Below are positions 57,732 through 64,000 of a stretch of 64,000 bases of DNA, piece after piece (within the stretch, counting starts at the first letter, position 1; the number at the start of each line of letters is the position of its first letter). The notes beneath the pieces were generated by a model. The model was not told the origin of the DNA and searched no databases. It saw only the letters and a program-made list of their open reading frames with translations. The stretch is from Candidatus Bathyarchaeota archaeon. Its GTDB lineage: Archaea; Thermoproteota; Bathyarchaeia; 40CM-2-53-6. The translations under genes and the position numbers were made by a program. The stretch is taken from assembly GCA_963726255.1 (NCBI GenBank), contig CAVSBL010000002.1:512001-576000 (forward strand). Direction: 5' to 3'.

Positions 57732-58331
57732 TTGGCAAAAGGACCGCAATACAACCTCCCCTTTCGACGAAGGCGCGAAGGAAGGACCCACTACGGAAAA
57801 AGGGAAAAACTTGTAACTTCAGGAATTGCGCGGTTCGTTATACGTCCGACGAACAAGCACTTGGGCGCTCAAGTTATTCAGGCGAAACCTGAAGGCGATT
57901 TCGTACTTGCCAGTGCTCATTCATCTGAGTTGAAAGAGTTCGGATGGAAAGCGCCTTGCGGGAACATGCCCGCAGCTTATCTTACAGGGCTGCTTGCTGG
58001 CCGGAGGGCCAAGGCCAACGGCGTGTCTGAAGCAATCTTGGACATTGGTTTATACTCGAGGGGTCCAGGGTCGCGCATATTTGCTGCGACAAAAGGAGCT
58101 CTAGACGCGGGACTTACCATACCACATGACGAAAGGGTGCTCCCGAAGGCCGAGCGCATCAGAGGTCAGCACGTTGGAAATTACTCCAAAGAACTAGCCT
58201 CAGACGCAGAGGCCCACAAGAAAAGATTCTCATCCTATCTAAAGCACAGACTGAAGCCGGAGGATCTACCGGACCATGTCGCACAGGTGGAGGTAAAGAT
58301 TAGCGCTTCGCAGAAGGAAGCTGCCAAATGA
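57732..58331 (+). CDS. rpl18: 50S ribosomal protein L18
   Basis: FRRRREGRT, AAYLTGLL, LDIG, GALDAGL. Confidence 0.97.
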   Translation: MAKGPQYNLPFRRRREGRTHYGKREKLVTSGIARFVIRPTNKHLGAQVIQAKPEGDFVLASAHSSELKEFGWKAPCGNMPAAYLTGLLAGRRAKANGVSEAILDIGLYSRGPGSRIFAATKGALDAGLTIPHDERVLPKAERIRGQHVGNYSKELASDAEAHKKRFSSYLKHRLKPEDLPDHVAQVEVKISASQKEAAK

Positions 58332-58951
58332 GTACACCTCAGAAACGTAAAGCAAAGCCCAAAGCACCGCGCAAAGCGAAAGCTAAGGTCCCCCGCAAGC
58401 GTGCAGTTCCCGCCAAGAAACCTGTAGAAAAGGCAGTTGTACTACCACCTCAGAAGAAAGTAGTTGCGCCGGAGAAGGTGTTCGTCTTTGCAATTCGCCT
58501 GAAGGGGTCTTTCGGCACGCCGGTGGATGCCGAAAGAACATTGGCAAGCCTGAGACTTGACAGGAAATTCAACGCAGTACTCCTAGAGAATAACGCGAAC
58601 GTAATGGCGACGTTGCGGAAGGCAAAGGATTACGTGACGTGGGGTGAAGCCAAACCCCGAGATATTGCAATGTTGCTAAGGGAACGTGGAGAACTTCTCG
58701 GCGGGTTACCGCTTACCGACAAGTCGGCCCACGACAAGTTCGGAGCGCAGTCTGTAGACGGACTGGCGTCCGCACTTGCAGACGGGAGCATCACACTGAA
58801 AATGCTTTTGGAGAAAGGACTAAAACCCGTGTTCAGGCTTCGGCCACCATCCGGGGGCTTTGACGCGAGCACCAAGCGGCCGCACGGAAGCAGAGGCGAG
58901 CTAGGGTACAGAGGACCAGACATAGCAAATCTGGTAGCAAGGATGAGCTAA
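58328..58951 (+). CDS. rpl30: 50S ribosomal protein L30 with Lys-rich N-terminal extension
   Basis: KDYVTWGE, FRLRPPSGG, GELGYRG. Confidence 0.93.
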   Translation: MSTPQKRKAKPKAPRKAKAKVPRKRAVPAKKPVEKAVVLPPQKKVVAPEKVFVFAIRLKGSFGTPVDAERTLASLRLDRKFNAVLLENNANVMATLRKAKDYVTWGEAKPRDIAMLLRERGELLGGLPLTDKSAHDKFGAQSVDGLASALADGSITLKMLLEKGLKPVFRLRPPSGGFDASTKRPHGSRGELGYRGPDIANLVARMS

Positions 58952-59000
58952 CCTACGAGACGAGTTTTCCTTAGGAACCGATCCTCCATATTGATAACCA

Positions 59001-59780
59001 ATGGCGCAACGTACTCCTATTACCCTAATCCCGGTAAAATTTCCGCTGGCCGAACAGGGCCAAGATCTCGGTGAACTTGTCGAGCGCGCCCTTGATAATC
59101 AAAACACGCGGCTGAGGAATGGTGACGTGCTCGCCGTGGCGAGCAAGGTTGCATCTCTGTGCGAGAACCGAATCTTGAGACTTGACCGCGTTCAAGTATC
59201 GACCAGAGCGAAACGACTCGCCGAGCGATGGCAAATTGATCCCCGCCTGGTATCCATCGTCGTTCAAGAAGCGGATTTGATTCTTGGTGGAACACGCGGT
59301 TTTCTGCTTACTGTCAAAGACGGCATCCTGACGGCAAATGCGGGGGTGGACATGAAGAACTCACCCCGAGGGTCAGTGAGCTTGTGGCCCGACAACCCGG
59401 ATCATTCTGCGGCGCGGCTCCGACGGCATCTACAGAATAAAAAGGCTATTCGGCTTGGAGTTGAAATAGTGGATAGCCGGGTGACAGCCTTGCGATTAGG
59501 AACCGTAGGACTCGCCATTGGCGTATCTGGCTTCAAACCTATTCTGGACTACAGGGCGAAACTTGATCTCTACGGACGCAAAGTGAAGGTTACTCAATCA
59601 AATATCGCTGACGACTTGGCAGCCGCGGCTCACATGCTAATGGGTGAAACTAGGGAACAGGTTGGAGCTGTCTTAGCGAGAAACGCTCCCGTAACCTTCG
59701 ACGGCTCCGATACTTCAGCACAGGGAAAGTTGAATTCGCAACGCTGCCTGATTGCAAGTGGTTTACGCGGTTTCGGATAA
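59001..59780 (+). CDS. cofE: Coenzyme F420-0:L-glutamate ligase
   Basis: GDVLAVASK, ANAGVD..N, RLG.VGLAIG.SG, DLYG, ADDLA.AA..LMGE. Confidence 0.9.
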   Translation: MAQRTPITLIPVKFPLAEQGQDLGELVERALDNQNTRLRNGDVLAVASKVASLCENRILRLDRVQVSTRAKRLAERWQIDPRLVSIVVQEADLILGGTRGFLLTVKDGILTANAGVDMKNSPRGSVSLWPDNPDHSAARLRRHLQNKKAIRLGVEIVDSRVTALRLGTVGLAIGVSGFKPILDYRAKLDLYGRKVKVTQSNIADDLAAAAHMLMGETREQVGAVLARNAPVTFDGSDTSAQGKLNSQRCLIASGLRGFG

Positions 59781-61292
59781 TCATACACGCTTGAGCTGAT
59801 ATCGCAAAGCAAATGCGAGAATAATCACTGGAACCAATAGGACGAGGTTGCTGAGCCAGCCAAGGAAGGTATCGTATAATTGCATTTGCTTTGCCCTGTT
59901 GAACAAGTCAATCGCTGCTTGGGCAGCCTCTTTGGTGGTTGAAAAGTCCCTCAAATCGAACGCGTGCTTTGCGATGTCGAGTTGCTCGTTCGCTTGTTGG
60001 ACCAGCGCAACAGCTTGATGTGAGTTCGCATCGATGGTACTGTTCTTTAGAACTTCGGCGGACTCGAGCAACTGTGCGGCTTGAGAATAGTCCAAGGGGA
60101 CGGTCGCCGTGTTAGCGGTCGTCTCAGCCGAGATGGCCATTGCGTCGGCATCTGTGAACTTGCCGAGATCGAATAGTTCGTGCGCATTAGCCAGAAGAGT
60201 TTGTGCCAAGTCAAGGTTATTGAACCTGTTCTCTGTTTCCGCAACTTGTATCGCGCCTTGGGCACGGTACATTGCGTAGACGCTTGTTTGCGCATCCCTG
60301 CCGTCCTCCTCGTCTCCTAGCAACAAACTATACCTATCCTGGGTCGAGTTAAGAGCGATTATCGAAAGATCAGCGCCTGTGTCCAAGAAGACCGCCTTGC
60401 TAACGATGTCGGGTTGGAGCACCTTCTGGAATTGTATCGATGCATTGGTTGGCGGGACATAGCTCACCATAGCACCATACTCTTGGAGATTGTTTCTGTC
60501 ATATCCGATACTCTCGCGCACCTCCACCCAATATTCCCCGGCCCCTACGCCCAAATTGATTCGCAGCGCCAGAGGATCGGTGCTAGGGTCCTCCACCGGA
60601 TTGAGCGTCAGGATCCGACGGCCCGGACTCTCCACTGTCACCACTTGCGAACTATTGATCCAACCTAGGGCCATCTTCGACCAGGAGGACATGTCTCCCG
60701 TTCCACTTGCAGCCACGTCGGCTGGTCCGACCCCAGCTAGCTGAGCTTGCAAACGCCATAGACCAAGCTCAAGTGCGAAAGCATGAGCGTAGGCAGTCCA
60801 ATCACGGTCTTCTTCGACCACAGCGAATCCCGTCACGAGTCCTGTTTTTGTTGAGATAGACCCGTACGAGGCAGGTATGTAATCGCCTGTCAAGCTTGGA
60901 TAGACTGATAGAACCAAGAACACGTAATCAAAGGCGGTAAGGTTGAATGACTGAGACGCTGAATGGAAGGCGTCCTCAGCAACGTTCATTGCTGTCGTGT
61001 AAATGTTGGGAACCGCATATTGCGAGTATAACTTAGGTAATCTAATCCAATCCGTTGCGTTGCCGCTTATCATAACCCTGCTGTATGAAACGTCGTAGAA
61101 ATATCGTGCTACTTTGTTGAAGAAAAGGGTCGTAATCTCATCGCGGCTTGATATATGCAGATATTCCGGAAAGTCGGCAAGTACAAGCAGAGCTTTTCTC
61201 GTTCCGCATACACATTGAGTGTCTTGGTAAGCAGGAGTCAGAAATGAACTTAGCAAAACCGCTGAGAACAGGATGATGATTGGCAGTCGCAT
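59781..61292 (-). CDS. Membrane-anchored M6 (immune inhibitor A)-like protease homolog with degenerate active site
   Basis: LVLADFP, YFYDVSY, WIRLP, SWSK.ALGW, YWVEVR; HExxH position reads HAFAL; helical stalk and C-terminal TM helix. Confidence 0.6.
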   Translation of the reverse strand: MRLPIIILFSAVLLSSFLTPAYQDTQCVCGTRKALLVLADFPEYLHISSRDEITTLFFNKVARYFYDVSYSRVMISGNATDWIRLPKLYSQYAVPNIYTTAMNVAEDAFHSASQSFNLTAFDYVFLVLSVYPSLTGDYIPASYGSISTKTGLVTGFAVVEEDRDWTAYAHAFALELGLWRLQAQLAGVGPADVAASGTGDMSSWSKMALGWINSSQVVTVESPGRRILTLNPVEDPSTDPLALRINLGVGAGEYWVEVRESIGYDRNNLQEYGAMVSYVPPTNASIQFQKVLQPDIVSKAVFLDTGADLSIIALNSTQDRYSLLLGDEEDGRDAQTSVYAMYRAQGAIQVAETENRFNNLDLAQTLLANAHELFDLGKFTDADAMAISAETTANTATVPLDYSQAAQLLESAEVLKNSTIDANSHQAVALVQQANEQLDIAKHAFDLRDFSTTKEAAQAAIDLFNRAKQMQLYDTFLGWLSNLVLLVPVIILAFALRYQLKRV

Positions 61293-61386
61293 CGTTATTT
61301 TCGAGCTTACGATATCCATTCCCTGCTTCACGTCTCTCACGGGCAAATTTAAAGGTCTTTTATCAGGGAGTTCGCCGCTAACACAT

Positions 61387-61809
61387 GTGAGCGAATTGTT
61401 CGAAAAGGAACGGGCACTTGTAAGGGGTGTGCAGCTAAGAACTGCTTACCGAGTCTACATGTGCCTTTTGAGGTCCCGCGCAGCTTCCGCAAAAGACATT
61501 CAAGAGGCCATGGAGTTCTCTACGCCTGCCCAAGCAAAGTACCACCTGAAAAGACTTGTAGATTTGGGCCTCGCCAAAGAGGATGGAGACGCAACATATA
61601 GAGCCACCGAGCGCAAGTTTGGCATACTCAGATTCTTTTTCAGAATTCGAAATTCAGTTATGCCAATGAGCCTGTTTTACAGCGCGTTCTTCGGAATACT
61701 GACCGTATTCCTGTTTCTCAGATCGCCTACCATAGAAATCTTGCTTATGGGGGCTTTAATTACCGCAAAGGAAGTCGCTGACACCTACACGTTCTATGCG
61801 ATGTTGTGA
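61387..61809 (+). CDS. Winged-helix regulator with two C-terminal TM helices
   Basis: AYRVY, DIQEAM.FSTP..A.YHLKRL..LGL followed by hydrophobic helices. Confidence 0.8.
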   Translation: MSELFEKERALVRGVQLRTAYRVYMCLLRSRAASAKDIQEAMEFSTPAQAKYHLKRLVDLGLAKEDGDATYRATERKFGILRFFFRIRNSVMPMSLFYSAFFGILTVFLFLRSPTIEILLMGALITAKEVADTYTFYAML

Positions 61810-61887
61810 CCCTATCATTTGACGCTGTGTGCCCTACACGAAGTCTTAAAACCTGATCGCATGCATTCTTTCATGGGGAAAATTCCT

Positions 61888-63921
61888 ATGAATACGAAAG
61901 CGATTGCGAAATCCACAGCTGCATTAGCCGTTATTATAATCGTTCTCATCGCAGGGCTAGCTGGGACGCTTGTCTATTACAGCTCACGAGGCCCATCAAC
62001 TCCGTCTGGGCCAACGACCGTCTCCATTCCTACGCCAAGTTTTGTGACCTCATCAACGTACGTCGCTGAATCTCCAAATCAGTTTCAATGGCTTGATCCT
62101 CATGTATCTTACTACCAGTTCGACTACGAAATCCTGAATAATCAATATGAGAAGCTGCTTTGGTACAATGGCGCTAGTAGCACAGAGATCATTCCATGGC
62201 TCGCAGATAGCTATACGCAAGTATCCCCGACTCAGTACACTTTCAAGCTACACCAAGGAATCAACTTCCAAGACGGAACGCCATTCAATGCTCAGGCCGT
62301 CTGGTTCAGCCTGAACCGCCTGCTCATAATAGACGGAACGAGTGGAACAGGCGACCACGGAACACAGGCCGCTTGGATCATTGAACAGTTGCTTGACACA
62401 AGCCCAAATACGTTCACCTATTTCGGTGCAAGTCCGGCTTATGACCCAGCTTGGGTTCAGACGGTTCTTGGCTTCGATTTTGTGCAGATAGTTGACCCGT
62501 ACACGATCAACATCAACATTAAGAATCCAACTACGCAGTTCCCGTATTTGCTTTCGAACGAATGGGCGGACATAGTTTCGCCATCCTTCGTCGTGGCACA
62601 TGATTTCCCGTCAGCCTGTAAGACAACTGACTGTCCCGCTGACAGCATTGATTACACAGCTTACTTCAACCACATCGCGGGCGACGGATTGGTGAAAGAC
62701 AACTACCTGAACCTGCCCACGAATGGTGCGAAGGCCGGGACCGGGCCCTACTACACCGACAGCGTAAACCCGACCACATACGAGGTCGTCATGAAAGCAA
62801 ATCCGAACTATTGGGGTGGGCCAAAGAACTGGAGTGGACCACCAATTTCTGTTTCAATTAAGACCCTGGACCTCGTGTACATTCCGGATCTGGGCACTAG
62901 ATTACTCGACGCAAAGGCCGGGAAAGCGACGACTATCGGCGTAAGTTCCTCCGACATATACTCAGTTGCCGACAGAGATCAATGGTTGTCTAACGGCAAG
63001 CTCGTTTCTGTAGTGCCAGGTCTAACTCTCGATGGACCATACCCAACGTTCACGACAGATTGGTTCAATTTTATCACTAATGTCACCGACAATGCAGGCA
63101 ACGTGCGTAAGTTCCAGCCTTTTGCAGACCTACGATGGAGACTGGCCGTAGCAGATTCGATCAACCTCACCGACGCCAACATAAACATCAACAACAGACT
63201 AGGCCAGGTTGCAATCAACCTTATTCCGCCCGGTACGGCGCCTGAGGGTGCGTACAACCCTGATATTCAGCCAATCTACAGCTTCGACCTCGCTAAGATG
63301 AAAGCCCTGATAACTGACGCATGCCAAAATCCGCTGACCAATTTCGTTGATTTCAACGGACACCCGTACGCTTCGGGGACAATCGATGATTCATGCCACC
63401 CCGGTAACCCACAATTAGTCGAACTCTACGTTGGGGCAGGGGATCAGACTGACCAGCGGATGCTCTCTGTGATGGCCGCCAACCTAAACAAAGTCTCCAC
63501 AGCTCTTGGCGTTACATTCACGATTGTGCCCGTCCCCGGAGGGCAATATTATACGCTGGCCTCAAAACATCAGATATACTTCTACTGGGGGGGCTGGGTT
63601 GCAGACTACAACCATCTACTCGACTGGCTGGGGCCAATGCTTCTCGCCGCTGGAACGTACCCGGCTTGGAACAACATGAACTATACCGCTCTCAACAACC
63701 TATACTACGATGCCCTTGACGCTGACAAAAAGGGCGACGTTCAAAGGCTACTGAGCGACAATAACCAAATGGAAACCATAGCGAACAACGCCGTCATCTA
63801 CATGTACACAACTTATGACGTTTCGTACGGAGTACGGTCAACCTTTGTGCAGGGCGTCTTCTACAATGAAGCTACTGCAGTACCGTACTTCGCGACACGA
63901 TCATACGCAACGTCAACATGA
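61888..63921 (+). CDS. ABC transporter substrate-binding protein (family 5)
   Basis: N-terminal TM helix, LDPH, YEKL, FQDGTPFNA, GTGPY, NPNYW. Confidence 0.92.
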   Translation: MNTKAIAKSTAALAVIIIVLIAGLAGTLVYYSSRGPSTPSGPTTVSIPTPSFVTSSTYVAESPNQFQWLDPHVSYYQFDYEILNNQYEKLLWYNGASSTEIIPWLADSYTQVSPTQYTFKLHQGINFQDGTPFNAQAVWFSLNRLLIIDGTSGTGDHGTQAAWIIEQLLDTSPNTFTYFGASPAYDPAWVQTVLGFDFVQIVDPYTININIKNPTTQFPYLLSNEWADIVSPSFVVAHDFPSACKTTDCPADSIDYTAYFNHIAGDGLVKDNYLNLPTNGAKAGTGPYYTDSVNPTTYEVVMKANPNYWGGPKNWSGPPISVSIKTLDLVYIPDLGTRLLDAKAGKATTIGVSSSDIYSVADRDQWLSNGKLVSVVPGLTLDGPYPTFTTDWFNFITNVTDNAGNVRKFQPFADLRWRLAVADSINLTDANININNRLGQVAINLIPPGTAPEGAYNPDIQPIYSFDLAKMKALITDACQNPLTNFVDFNGHPYASGTIDDSCHPGNPQLVELYVGAGDQTDQRMLSVMAANLNKVSTALGVTFTIVPVPGGQYYTLASKHQIYFYWGGWVADYNHLLDWLGPMLLAAGTYPAWNNMNYTALNNLYYDALDADKKGDVQRLLSDNNQMETIANNAVIYMYTTYDVSYGVRSTFVQGVFYNEATAVPYFATRSYATST

Positions 63922-63932
63922 AGCTCAGACAT

Positions 63933-63951
63933 CCTCCCCACCCCTATTTTT
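63933..63951 (+). terminator. C-rich/oligo-T terminator candidate
   Basis: CCTCCCCACCCCTATTTTT after the SBP stop, similar to 52092-52112. Confidence 0.45.
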
Positions 63952-64000
63952 CTGCTACGTATCGAGGAAAACTGCATCAATACGGTAATGTTCCAGACTG

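Noticed and set aside
1-64000. tRNA, rRNA, CRISPR arrays, transposases, integrases
   Set aside because: None recognised by eye; tRNAscan-SE and Infernal would be needed to exclude them formally.

Overview
Archaeal core-genome window of about 52% GC. Crenarchaeal-type short XPF, separate Kae1 and Bud32, F420 genes and a PEF-CTERM protein suggest a TACK lineage such as Bathyarchaeia; this is an inference. Housekeeping genes dominate: ECF transporter, prefoldin, TFB, IleRS, CysRS, KEOPS, the RNase P/proteasome/exosome superoperon, translation factors, ribosomal proteins, Lhr helicase and peptide ABC transporters. Standout items: (1) an operon encoding a short, apparently hinge-less SMC with Smc5/6-type head motifs, a kleisin and a MAGE/Nse3-like KITE (6623-9992); (2) a converging operon with a Zn-ribbon protein and a catalytically altered TGT-fold protein (5115-6626); (3) intergenic structured RNA candidates, including C/D-box-like guides with a CGGA box D and elements antisense to conserved 16S rRNA sequence; (4) ribosomal operons reduced to order-preserving subsets; (5) five single-base deletions, mostly in essential genes, that look like homopolymer assembly errors. 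No tRNA, rRNA, CRISPR array, transposase or integrase was seen. All family calls come from reading motifs; no database search was run.
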